DNA from: Octopus bimaculoides
Lineage: Eukaryota
Direction of reading: 5' to 3'
NCBI RefSeq assembly: GCF_001194135.2
Contig: NC_068981.1
Coordinates: forward strand, 78,380,835-78,417,564
DNA length: 36,730 nucleotides
Shown: one piece after another, positions 24,576 through 35,761 of the stretch
How positions within the stretch are numbered: position 1 is the stretch's first letter
How the letters are laid out: each line of letters opens with the position of its first letter
Translations under genes and position numbers: made by a program
The notes under the pieces: generated by a model
The model's database searches: none
Told to the model about the DNA's origin: nothing
Seen by the model: only the letters and a program-made list of their open reading frames with translations

Positions 24576-25024
24576 AATTTGCAGGCTTTGTGCCTGAATT
24601 AGAAGCAGAAGAAAATCAATATAGCTTAGTTCAATATCAGCCTTCATCCAACAGATCTATGATCAAAGGAAGTCTGACTATGATAATCCCACCTTTTTTG
24701 TATACTCAGTACTGCATTGCCTTTTCGTTTTTTAAGATAGATTTCTTTATTAGCCATGTAGTAGTAAGTAGGATGTCATTTAAAAGACATTTGGCAGTTG
24801 TTTCTCGTAGTTTTAGTGACAAAGCAAAAGTGGTTTCCTCATAGATTCATATATTTAAATGATGCGGCTGTTGTTTAATTAGCTTTGAGTGAGCTTTGAT
24901 GTAGTAAAGCCTATGGCTGTAGGCAGACCTGCCTTCTTTTCCTTGTAATATCTAGACATAACATTACATACTATTTGTAAATGAGTGTCACCATCATACA
25001 AGCAATATCCTTCATTTGCTGTCC

Positions 25025-25635
25025 TCATTGAAAATATGTCCAGTCATTGTGCTGTTCATTGTTTGAAGAAATATTAGTTTGCTTTGAAACAGGTAAAAGT
25101 TGGTGACAAGAAGACAACTGGGCATAGTGGTTAGTGCAGGGGCTTAATGGGAAGGTTGATTTCAACAGGGGTAATGGAAAGTAGAGAAGCAAGTGGGTGG
25201 AAAAAGTACAAGACGAACCAGCTGCAAGGCCATAAAGTAGCAATAAAAAAGGAGAGAGAAATGATAAATGATACAGCATGTTTGGGAAGCAAAGGCTGGA
25301 GCATGTCTATTTGTAATTTAATGCCAATAAATGGCCTGTCTTTCGATGCTGCCCAGAATGTGTACATAGTAGTCATCCCATCCTAATTGTGGAAGTAATA
25401 CTCCATTGTAGATCTCACTTGGACCTTGGAGATGTGTCAGCAGCTGTTGGAGGCTGGAATGTCCTCTGGCCCTGAAGAGTAGAGCTAGTCATGGGATGCA
25501 ATCCAAGCTATGCTAAGGATGTGCTTTTGGCAGGAGAGAGCCTTAGTGATAATGAAGCTTAGCATATAGAGTCAGTGCAAGAGCTCCAGCTGAGTGTAGT
25601 ACATGTTATATGGGTAACTTTGTATATACCAATTG
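25025..25635 (-). mobile_element. Degenerate 3' fragment of a CR1/L2/Jockey-group LINE
   Basis: Minus strand SKVQVRSTMEYYFHN*DG (cf. YKAQVRP.MEYC.H.W.G), then LQPLL..HAVS..SLSFF. Confidence 0.65.
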
Positions 25636-25650
25636 TCTTCACTGCCTATT

Positions 25651-26030
25651 GTGGAGGCGCAGTGGCCCAGTGGTTAGGGCAGCGGACTTGCGGTCATAGG
25701 ATCGCAATTTCGATTCCCAGACCGGGCGTTGTAAGTGTTTATTGAGCGAAAACACCTAAAGCTCCACGAGGCTCCAACAGGGGATGGTGGCGAACCCTGC
25801 TGTACTCTTCCACCACAACTTTCTCTCACTCTTACTTCCTGTTGTATCTGTAATTCAAAGGGTCAACCTTGTCACACTGTGTCACGCTGAATATCCCCGA
25901 GAACTACGTTAAGGATACACGTGTCTGTGGAGTGCTCAGCCACTTGCATGTTAATTTCACAAGCAGGCTGTTCCGTTGATCGGATCAGCTGGAACCCTCG
26001 ACGTCATAAGCGACGGAGTGCCAACAACAA
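25651..26030 (+). mobile_element. Full-length tRNA-derived SINE (family C)
   Basis: A-box tggcccagtgg (25663-25673), B-box-like ttcgattccc (~25709-25718), CpG-rich body, (CAA)n tail. Confidence 0.85.
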
Positions 26031-26684
26031 TAGAAATTTCTATATCTCTTCCATCTTGGTATTATCACTAAACCTGAACAAACTGAGTCAATACCTATGT
26101 AGATAAGAGACAATGTGAGCTTTGAAATATAATAATGTAAAAGAAAAGAGGTCAAAAGCAAAGATTTAACTGTATTTATATAAGAAGACAAATGTAGAAA
26201 GATATAAAAGGAAAATTAAGGCAAAATATTATAAGGAAAATGTCAAATAGATTTACATGTGTGTCTATGACTAAGATTAATTATTCAAAAAATACAAAAA
26301 AATATTTTAACTAGTTGTAGAAGTTTTTCTACATAACAAAGGCAAAAAAACACCACAGTGAAAAGAATTGTTTAAAATAAATAGAATTTACTTATCACAC
26401 TAATTTTAATTGTGTTTTAATTTGAGGAGTAACATTTGGTAAAGCAAGTCTGAAGCAAAATGATATCTACATTACAAAAAGAAAATATAAAACTACTGAA
26501 AAAAAAAATCTATAACTGTCTAGACAGACAAAGTAAGTAAAATGGTATTGGAAAAATTTAGAACTAAATAGATTTATACCTCTCATTGTGTAATTCAGGA
26601 TAAATGTTTTCAACTGCATAAACATATACAAAGTTGTTTCAACTATATACACACACACACACACACACACTTAATGTGTGTGTG

Positions 26685-26721
<37 letters not shown>

Positions 26722-26757
26722 TACACAAACCTATTATGAGCTAGCTTCATTTACATA

Positions 26758-26789
<32 letters not shown>

Positions 26790-26959
26790 CAGCTTAATGT
26801 TTTTATTTTTTTTATTGAAAACAGGTTAAGAAAATAATTTTGAGTATTTTGTAACTCATTCACACACCTATATCAACACCAGTTTATGTGTGTGTGTTTT
26901 TACATTTGCATAGGTTAGATAGCTTTTGTCCAACACAATGAATTTCTGTTTGTTATAGT

Positions 26960-27190
26960 TTCATATCATCCCATGTCATCACCTTTATGATGTTCAGTAT
27001 TCTGGAAGACCTCGTCTACATTATTTTCTCCAGTCATCCTCTTTCAGATGTTCCTTTCTCTTATTCTATATGGCACTTCACACAACTATTATCCTTCATA
27101 CATGTATTATGTCTAAACCAATGCCATGACTGATTTCTCTTACTCCAGTTATGTCCATGTTTGCCTATGTCTATTGGTCTTTGGTTAAAG
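26960..27190 (-). mobile_element. Degenerate RTE C-terminal fragment
   Basis: Minus strand WHWFRHNTCMKDNSCVKC..KGTSERG resembles L.WFGHV.RM..DSCVKKC...V.G...RGRP. Confidence 0.5.
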
Positions 27191-27672
27191 AGACAATTCC
27201 TTTATTTATAACTGAAATAATGACTTCCTGAACTGTTTATGTCCTGTTCTTACTCTAGCTATAGTGCCACCACACCTCTCACCTTCATTGCTGATTAGAT
27301 CACCAAGATAACAGAATTTGTCAACTACTTCTCACAAAACTAAACAATTTGAACAAAAATAATTCTGTGGGTGATATTACTGCTATCTAGTTCTGGGCAT
27401 CTGCTTCTTACAACAAAAGCAACTTGTTATAATGACACATTAATGTTATCAAATGATACTGTTTTCAAAGCTAGCAGGAGCTTCACATGCTCGAGTTATA
27501 TTTTTTTGCCAAAAACAGGAACCATCCTAAAGTGAACACAATAATTCAAAGATAGGTTGATCCATTCGGGAAAGGCTTTGATCAAGGTTTTCCTGGTGTG
27601 GTTGTACTGACCATCATTCCCAGTCCTTTTTCTCAAAAAAATTGGTTCTCTGGAATTTTCTCCCACAAACAA

Positions 27673-28273
27673 GCGCATGAGTAGCTGTGTGGTAAGTAGC
27701 TTGCTTACCAACCACATGGTTCCGGGTTCAGTCCCACTGCGTGGCACCTTGGGCAAGTGTCTTCTACTATATCCTCGGGCCGACCAAAGCCTTGTGAGTG
27801 GATTTGGTAGACGGAAACTGAAAGATGCCCATCATATATATGTACATATATATATATGTATGTGTGTTTGTGTGTCTGTGTTTGTCCCCCCACCATCGCT
27901 TGACAACCGATGCTGGTGTGTTTACANNNNNNNNNNCTGCGTGGCACCTTGGGCAAGTGTCTTCTACTATATCCTCGGGCCGACCAAAGCCTTGTGAGTG
28001 GATTTGGTAGACGGAAACTGAAAGATGCCCATCATATATATGTACATATATATATATGTATGTGTGTTTGTGTGTCTGTGTTTGTCCCCCCACCATCGCT
28101 TGACAACCGATGCTGGTGTGTTTACATCCCCGTAACTTAGCGGTTCGGCAAAAAGAGACCGATAGAATAAGAACTAGGCTTACAAAGGATGAGTCCTGGG
28201 GTCGATTTTCTCGACTAAGCGCGGTGCTCCAGCATGGCCGCAGTCAAATGACTGAAACAAGTAAAAGAGTAAA
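27673..28273 (+). mobile_element. tRNA-derived SINE (family A) with an artefactual internal duplication across a 10-N gap
   Basis: Head gcgcatgagtagctgtgtggtaag and B-box ggttcagtccc; 27737-27926 is repeated identically at 27937-28126. Confidence 0.9.
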
Positions 28274-28411
28274 CATACTAGACTGTTACCAGTGAACACC
28301 TGTAGATGTTGATTTGCAAAAATCTAGTTTGCTTGATGTGGGCTGTTGTGGAACTAAAAAACATTTAAAAAATGATAAATATTAACTTTAATATTTTTCT
28401 TGAATTTTCAG

Positions 28412-28579
28412 ATATTGGTAATGACTGGGAAAACATTAGCAGCACAGGTCGTTTACAGTTGGTTCAACCTGACCTCTTACTTATCACTAACAGCAAACCG
28501 GATGATACGGGCGTCTATAAGTTTGTTGCATTCAATGAGATGGGAATCGTCCAATCTAAAATGTTTCTTAATGTTAAGA
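28412..28579 (+). CDS. Internal coding exon: C-terminal half of the same Ig domain
   Basis: Acceptor TTTTCAG ending at 28411; donor GTAAGT at 28580; 168 nt, phase 1 to 1. Translates (Y)IGNDWENISSTGRLQLVQPDLLLITNSKPDDTGVYKFVAFNEMGIVQSKMFLNVK. With the previous exon gives 288 nt, one Ig domain. Confidence 0.92.
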
Positions 28580-28947
28580 GTAAGTGATATTAGTTTTTGA
28601 AGCCTTTACACTAAAATCTGATACATATTGAAATAGAGGTAAAAATATTATATATAAAAATGATAGATAGATAGATAGATAGATAGATAGTATGTGTGTG
28701 TGTATATATATATATATGTGTGTGTGTGCATGTGTGCATCTATTTATTTGTTTACGAGCAGCCTTACCAATGGGGAACTCCGTCAGATTCAGGGAGTCTA
28801 GTGAGAGAAGCAAGACTATTCATCAGAAACAAATAACTCCTATACATATTGATGTGCATACATGTTCAAAAGGCAATGGGTAGCCAGGCATCACTAGTGG
28901 TGCATCTTCAGCTGCTCTGTGTGTGTGTGTGTGTGTGTTTATTTACA

Positions 28948-29110
28948 CATGGCTGCATAGTTATGAAGTATGCTTCCCAACCATCTGGTTGTGGGTATAG
29001 TCCCACTGCATGACAGCTTTTAGGCAACTGTCTTCTATTATAGCACCAGGCCAACAAAGGCAATCTGCGCTGATTTGGTTGACAGAAACTGAAAGAGACC
29101 TGTTGTATGT
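28948..29110 (+). mobile_element. Degenerate family-A SINE head
   Basis: atggctgcatagttatgaag...gtcccactgcatgac...gacagaaactgaaag. Confidence 0.65.
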
Positions 29111-29118
29111 TTGCATGT

Positions 29119-29251
29119 ATCATCATCATCATCATCATCATCATTTAACGTCCACTTTCCATGCTAGCATGGGTTGGACGATTTGACTGAGGACTGGTGA
29201 ACCGGATGGCTACACCAGGCTCCAATCTGATTTGGCAGAGTTTCTACAGCT

Positions 29252-29255
<4 letters not shown>
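29119..29255 (-). mobile_element. Short family-B copy bounded by a (TA)n tract
   Basis: Near-identical to 30540-30675. Confidence 0.85.
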
Positions 29256-29291
<36 letters not shown>

Positions 29292-29672
29292 ATATATATA
29301 TATATGTATGTATACATACATATCTAAATATATGTGTGTGTGTGTGTGTGCATACATACATGCAATCATACATATACATAGATATCTCTATATATATAAA
29401 ATTATTTGTCCTGTCTGTCATGAGTTAACATGTAATTTTTATTTTCATTTTGGATTGAAAGCGATATATAATATTTTCTCAAAAGTAATCTTTCTTTCTG
29501 TAGTCAACTATAGTAACAGACATTTTATACCACCACCACATCATCTCATTTTGTATATGAATCTCTGTGTGTTTGCATGTTCATTGCATACGAGATAGTA
29601 AAGGACATTTTATACAACACATCTCTATCATTCTATTTTCATTCTGTCAATCATCCTGTCTAGCATTTACCA

Positions 29673-29935
29673 TTGTAACCATGTCTGGTCCCCAAAAAAT
29701 TATTACAGCTCCTTTCATTGTTTAGAATCTTCTGTACTAGTGTATTTATGTACACCAACACATAAACAAAATGTTACAAAAGCTGAAGGGTCAAACAAAA
29801 ATGCTGTACTGGTGTATTTGTGTATCAGTAAATAATCATGTTGTAACGATTTCTGGTACCAAGAAGATAATTACAGCTACTTTCATTGTTTATGATCTTC
29901 TGTACCAGTGTATTTGTGTATCAGTAAATAATCAT
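29673..29935. repeat. Local tandem duplication, ~168-bp unit, ~1.6 copies
   Basis: ttgtaaccatgtctggtcccc..ttacagctcctttcattgttt (29673) recurs as ttgtaacgatttctggtacc..ttacagctactttcattgttt (29841). Confidence 0.8.
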
Positions 29936-29936
29936 G

Positions 29937-30442
29937 GGTAAATACTTCGAAAGGACCCATTTGTACTTCAGTGTGAAATAATTTTTTTCCACAGATTTTT
30001 TCGAGTGCATTCAACATATCTGACCTCCAAACCCACCACAAGCCACTTTTTTTCTGGAAAAATAAGTGGGGAAGGGGTCAGAAAATTATTTCACAGCAAA
30101 ATATCGGCAGGTATTTCTCACAAATAGCTGTTATATGGTAGTAGGGCATGCTAGAAATAGCAGCCAAATCTTTCCTTTTCAGAGGAAAGGTGTCATTTAC
30201 GCATGATTTCAGTGTCACATTCATTGAAAGTATGTGAAATACCTTGGAAAAGAAAGATAAAACCTGCAAAATAAACTCCATTGGTGAGGAACTCCGAGGT
30301 CTCCCACCCCACCTTTCTTTTCCAGAAAAAATTGGCTTGCAGCGGGTTTGAAGGTCAGATACATTGAATGTACTCGTAAAAACTAATGGAAAAAAATTAT
30401 TTCACTCCGAGGTACAAAAAGGTCTATTATGAAATATTTACC
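29937..30442. mobile_element. MITE-like element with ~140-bp imperfect terminal inverted repeats
   Basis: ggtaaatacttcgaaaggacccatttgtacttcagtgtgaaataatttttttcca...ctggaaaa matches the reverse complement of ttttccag...tggaaaaaaattatttcactccgaggtacaaaaaggtctattatgaaatatttacc; non-coding interior. Confidence 0.8.
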
Positions 30443-30539
30443 TAAGAAGAAAGGTGTCAAATTACACAAGCAAAGAGTATTGTGTTAAGGCTTTGAGTTT
30501 ATAACCCGAGTGAAACCAGCTCCTTCTGCTTCTATATAT

Positions 30540-30949
30540 ATCATCATCATCATCATCATCGTTTAACGTCCGCTTTCCATGCTAGCATGGGTTGGACGAT
30601 TTGACTGAGGACTGGTGAAACCAGATGGCTACACCAGGCTCCAATCTGATTTGGCAGAGTTTCTACAGCTGGATGCCCTTCCTAACGCCAACCACTCAGA
30701 GAGTGTAGTGGGTGCTTTTACGTGTCACCCGCACGAAGGCCAGTCAGGCGGTACTGGCAACGGCCACGCTCAAAATGGTNNNNNNNNNNATCTCACTCAA
30801 AAATCCTACGAAGGCCAGTCAGGCGGTACTGGCAATGGCCACGCTCAAAATGGTGCATCTTATGTGCCACCCGCACAAGAGCCAGTCCAGGGGCACTGGC
30901 AACAATCTCACTTGGTCTCACTTGGCTTGCCGGGTCTTCTCACGCACAG

Positions 30950-30952
<3 letters not shown>
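30540..30952 (-). mobile_element. Family-B copy spanning a 10-N gap
   Basis: (ATC)n gtttaacgtccgctttccatgctagcatggg...; internally repetitive GC-rich 5' part. Confidence 0.85.
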
Positions 30953-30980
<28 letters not shown>

Positions 30981-30981
30981 A

Positions 30982-31929
30982 CAGGGTGCGATGGATAAAT
31001 TGTTGCCATTTTATATTTTTAATTTCATGCATGCGCATTGTTTGTTTTTGATTTTGTCGATTACACGGTATAGTAGGGTCAGTTGGGTGCCATCTGTGAG
31101 AAAACAGCACCATGATGCAATTCACTCAGCCAGAAATTTGGAAACAACATTGTGTATTGCTTGGCATTTGTGCCAGAAGCTCCAATACGAACATTTCAGA
31201 GTGTTCGTGTGTCAATCTGAGGACAGTGCAGAGGATTCAGAAAGAGTTGGATGAGGCTAATGATGATTATGAAGGTATGGTAGCTTAAAAAACTCACTCC
31301 GATCATTCTGATAAGAAAAGAACTCCTGAATTTGTTGGTGAGATCCAAGCCATGATTTACATTGATCCCTCCAAGTCAGTCAGGTCCATCAGCAGGGATA
31401 TGGGAGTGTCTGAGTTTCTTATTAGGCATAATAAGAATCTATAAAGCAAGGTTTTAAGTGTAGAATAGCTGTGGGATCCACCAGAATAAAATAGTCAAAG
31501 GGGCCCCATTATTATTTCTGAGTTTCTTATTAAGTAGTGCATGAAGGCATTCAATATTCCTCATACAAGATGAGAAATGGCCAATTTTTATCCCAAGCCA
31601 TCAAGGAAAGAGGAAAGACTGCACTACGAAGCTTTTGAACAAACTCAAGCATCCCCTCCAACTGAACATGCTTTGGTTTTTCTCAGACGAGAAAATTTTC
31701 TGCCAGGATCAGATGGTGAATACACAGAACAACCATTGGTTTGCTGTGTCCCCAAAACATGTACTGAGAGTGATAAAAATCAAACATCCAGTCAACATCA
31801 TGGTGTTTGAAGTGATCGCTAGTAATGGCGACATTATGCCTCCATTCATCTTCCCACACAGCCTCAGATTCAACATGGAGGCCTACATCAAGTGCCTGGA
31901 GGAAGTAATGCTGCCCTGGGTCAAGAGGG
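30982..31929 (+). mobile_element. 5' part of a maT/DD37D-like Tc1-mariner transposon, truncated
   Basis: Begins TA-cagggtg. Peptide WFFSDEKIF.QDQMVNTQNN.W...KHPVNIMVF.VI.S.GD.MPPFIFPH.LR.N..AYIKCLEEV.LPWVKR stops before the second catalytic D. Subfamily assignment is from motif recall. Confidence 0.8.
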
Positions 31930-32588
31930 CATATAGAACCCATTTCTCATTACCAGTCACTATTCAGACCAAATAGGATTCATTCATAAGACATGAAAGC
32001 AAAGAAGAGCACACATTCACTCTCTGTGCACAATTAAACACAGAAAGTTTTGTGAGGAACCCATTGACCCAATTTGCTGACTTTTCTAATAGCACGCAGG
32101 TGTTGATGAATGGCTGAATGACTAAAGCCAAAATTCTCTGCTAGTACCTCAACAATTACAATGGGATTTTGTTCCACCAGGGTTTGCAGGATGTCCTCGT
32201 TGAGCTCTACAGATCTTCCAGGACAAGGCTCATCTTCTAGGCTGTAGTTTCTGGCTCCAAATTTCTGGAACCACCTTTGACACTGGCTTACACTTATTGT
32301 CCAATCCCCATATACTGCATTAATATTCCTCGCACTTTCCGTTGTTGCTTTTATTGAACTCATAAAGCAAAATATGCTGAATATGCTCCTTTGTCACTTC
32401 CATTATAGCTTTGAAAAAAAACCTGTTAAAATAGAACTGCACTCTTCAAAATTTGCACTAAGAATATGGACACGGTAAAATTACTACCTGCTTTTATAGC
32501 AAGTTGATGCAGGTAGTTTATCCCATCCCCCTCCGACTTATAGTTCGTGCAATTGAAAAAACTGCATTATTTATGGGATGACCCAATA
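31930..32588 (-). mobile_element. 5' half of a second copy of the mariner family at 4060-7358
   Basis: TIR 32565-32584; ATG at 32403-32401 (MEVTKEHIQHILLYEFNK, then a frameshift); HTH peptide CQRWFQKF..NYSLEDEP.PGRS and GQWVPH; ends just after IVTGNEK. Confidence 0.9.
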
Positions 32589-32604
32589 TAACACACTTTT
32601 GATA

Positions 32605-32838
32605 AAGTGCCTCTCTAATGACTGAAACTTCAAACATTACATGAATTCTCATTTAGAATTTTTGCATAAACTAGTGTTGCAAATAGAGATGGTATGGAAA
32701 CAATTGTACCTCATAATTAAAGATGTGTTAAAGAATTTTCTTCGTTTTCTTCTTCTTCTTCTTTTCATTGGATTATATATATGTTTGTGTCTCTGTCTCT
32801 CCCTCTCTCTCTCTATATATATATATATATCTCCCTCC

Positions 32839-32878
<40 letters not shown>

Positions 32879-33078
32879 GTGTGTGTGTGTCTCTCTCTCT
32901 CTCTATATATATATATATTTATTTGTGTGTGTATATAATCCAAAAAGCATTTATTGCATCTTTAATGACCAGTTACAATTGTCTCTATGCCAACTCTGAG
33001 TTTTAGTGCTAATTCATGCAAAAGTGTCATGTGAAAGGTTGCATAATATTTTCAGTTTTAAACATTAGAGTAGCACTT
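32605..33078. repeat. Degenerate inverted repeat (~120-bp arms) enclosing a CT/TA/GT microsatellite block
   Basis: Paired motifs: aagtgc..ctctaatg / cattagagtagcactt; ttttgcat / atgcaaaa; acaattgta / tacaattgt; attaaagatg (32716) / catctttaat (32957). Confidence 0.65.
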
Positions 33079-34192
33079 CATTCGAATTGCATTAAAGTTC
33101 TGCTCTTAAGTTGTGCATCTGCCGAGTGTTGTATTTTACTTGTATTAGGAGGGAACAAGAAATATAAATAAAGATATGTGTGTATATGTTTGTGTGTGTG
33201 TGTATTTATGTATGCATATACTATATATATTTACATGTATGTGTGTGTGTGTAATATGGTGTTATTTGTAATTGTCAGAAAACTTTAGTATTCTGTATTT
33301 CACTAGATATTTTTAGTTCAGTCAGTTGCATGTCTAAATATCAAAACAGAAGGCCAGTTTGTATGCAGCTGTGAGATATTTGAAAAATTGAATATATTAA
33401 TGTGATAGTGGAGACTTACTTGACTTGTGCCAAATGAGCAGTGGAAGATATATACAAATTTTTATTTATATATTATATATATACACACACACGTTTGTAT
33501 ATGTACTTATACATGTATGTATATATATGTATGTGTGTGTGTGTGTGTATATATTAACATATATGTGTATGTATACTTCCAATAATGGTGCTGTAAACAA
33601 TGAAAAAACAAACATCCAAAACTGTTATGACTAGTTTGTATGCCACAAATAAATGGAAACATAAACGAGACAGATCAGAATAACAGAATGAGGTTTTGTA
33701 ACTGTCAAAGCATGATTTAAATTAAATTTTGGAGTTAAGCATAGGAAATCAAATTCAGAAGGTTTGTGTGTGTGTGTGTGTGTGTCTATATTAGTGTTTA
33801 TTTTAATGGCACAATGACACTTCTGAGATACAACATAACATATGTCTGTGCTTCACTAAATCTAGTTCAATTGAAGTTGACTATATTCATATGTAGTACT
33901 TACTATAAAGTACTTGGAAAAGTTTGTTTATTCGTTTTTTATTTGTTCACACATTTAATAATAAACTCCTGTACACACACACACACACACATATATATAT
34001 ATTCAATAGTAATGATTTTCTTCACTTGTGCATATGCTTTGAAAGCATACAACTAGAAAAAAAAATCCCTTATTGAGAATAAAATATACTTGAACTGACC
34101 ACACAGGGACATACATAGCACACATATTCTCTCACTTTTAATTCTAACATATATCTCCCTCTGTCTGTCAATCAGTGTATCCATATATGTGT

Positions 34193-34370
34193 ATCATCAT
34201 CATCATGATCACTTAACATTCGTCTTCTATGCTGGCATGGGTTGGATGGTTTGACAATATCCAACAAATCGGACGGCTGCATCAAACTCTAATATCTGCC
34301 TGCTTTGGCATTGTTTTCATGGTTAGGTGCCCTTCCTAATGCCAACCACTTTGCAGAGAGTACTGGGTAT
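34193..34370 (-). mobile_element. Older family-B copy interrupted by a family-A SINE
   Basis: (ATC)n..ttctatgctggcatgggttggatggtttgac...cccttcctaatgccaaccact. Confidence 0.7.
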
Positions 34371-34386
34371 CTTTTTCTTTTTTGTT

Positions 34387-34766
34387 CATGAGTGGCTGTG
34401 TGGTAAGTAGCTTGCTTACCAACCACATGGTTCTGGGTTCAGTCCCACTGCGTGGCACCTTGGGCAAGTGTCTTCTACTATAGCCTCGGGCCGACCAAAG
34501 CCTTGTGAGTGGATTTGGTAGACGGAAACTGAAAGAAGTTTGTCGTATATATGTATATATATGTTTGTGTGTTTGTCCCCCCACCATCGCTTGACAACCG
34601 ATGCAGGTGTGTTTACGTCCCCGTAACTTAGCGATTCGGCAAAAAGAGAACGATAGAATATGTACTAGGCTTACAAAGAATAAGTTCTGGGGTCTGTTTT
34701 CTCGACTAAAGGTGGTGCTCCAGCATGGCCGCAGTCAAATGACTGAAACAAGTAAAAGAGTAAAAG
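34387..34766 (+). mobile_element. Full-length tRNA-derived SINE (family A)
   Basis: gagtggctgtgtggtaag A-box-like and ggttcagtccc B-box-like motifs, central (TA/TG)n, tail gtaaaagagtaaaaga. Confidence 0.9.
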
Positions 34767-35185
34767 ACATTGGCACTAGTGTAGCTACCAAATAACTCAG
34801 AAGACAAAGAAAAAACCTCACCACTGAATGAATGGTGTTGCAGTAAAGAGAGAAGTGGTTTTATGCCCAATGGCAAGAGGCTAAAGTATAATGCCATCTC
34901 CTTCCCTACAACAACCTCACTCAGTCAAGAAGGTTTTTTCTATTTTTTTATTTTGTCTTACAAGTTACTTTGAAACCTCTCTAGTACAACTGTGATCATA
35001 TTATATATATATATATATAAATTTCGATTTTGTACGTGGTTTGCAAGATTCTTTATGTGAATTCATGTGTTGAAGCATATGTTGCCAGTCGCGATGAAAA
35101 TTTTTGTAAAAGATAACAAATGAGTGAAAATCAGACTGGTGTGTTTAATTAATAAAGCCCTAAAAGAGAAATACTCTCCCCAGGC

Positions 35186-35234
<49 letters not shown>

Positions 35235-35235
<1 letters not shown>

Positions 35236-35707
35236 ACTCTTTTACTCTTTTACTTGTTTCAGTCATTTGACTGCGGCCATGCTGGAGCACCGCCTTTAGT
35301 CGAGCAAATCGACCCCAGGACTTACTCTTTGGAAGCTTAGTACTTATTCTATTGGTCTATTTTGCCGAACCACTAAATTACGGGGACGTAAACACACCAG
35401 CATCGGTTGTCAAGCGATGTTGGGGGGACAAACACAGACACACACACATATACACGCACATACATATATATACATATATACGACGGGCTTCTTTCAGTTT
35501 CCGTCTACCAAATCCACTCACAAGGCTTTGGTCNNNNNNNNNNATATACGACGGGCTTCTTTCAGTTTCCGTCTACCAAATCCACTCACAAGGCTTTGGT
35601 CGGCCTGAGGCTATAGTAGAAGACACTTGCCCAAGGTGCCACGCAGTGGGACTGAACCCAGAACCATGTGGTTGGTAAGCAAGCTACTTACCACACAGCC
35701 ACTCCTG
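35235..35707 (-). mobile_element. Full-length family-A SINE with a gap-flanking duplication
   Basis: Reverse complement of the 34387 copy; 35476-35533 is repeated at 35544-35601 across the N-gap. Confidence 0.9.
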
Positions 35708-35761
35708 TATGTATTAGATAGATAGATAGCTATTAAGAGCATAGGTATGGCTGTAATAGCT

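Noticed and set aside
25651-25725. tRNA gene
   Set aside because: The tRNA-like head continues into a SINE body with no convincing acceptor stem or poly-T terminator; family-A heads were rejected for the same reason.
25645-26033. ctattgt / acaatag inverted termini around SINE family C
   Set aside because: Only 7 bp and overlapping the (CAA)n tail; Pol III boxes indicate a SINE, not a TIR element.
27737-28126. Apparent 190-bp tandem duplication inside a SINE (similarly 35476-35601)
   Set aside because: The copies are identical and sit either side of a 10-N gap, typical of unmerged overlapping contig ends. The 30734-30852 case has one mismatch plus extra sequence and is unresolved.
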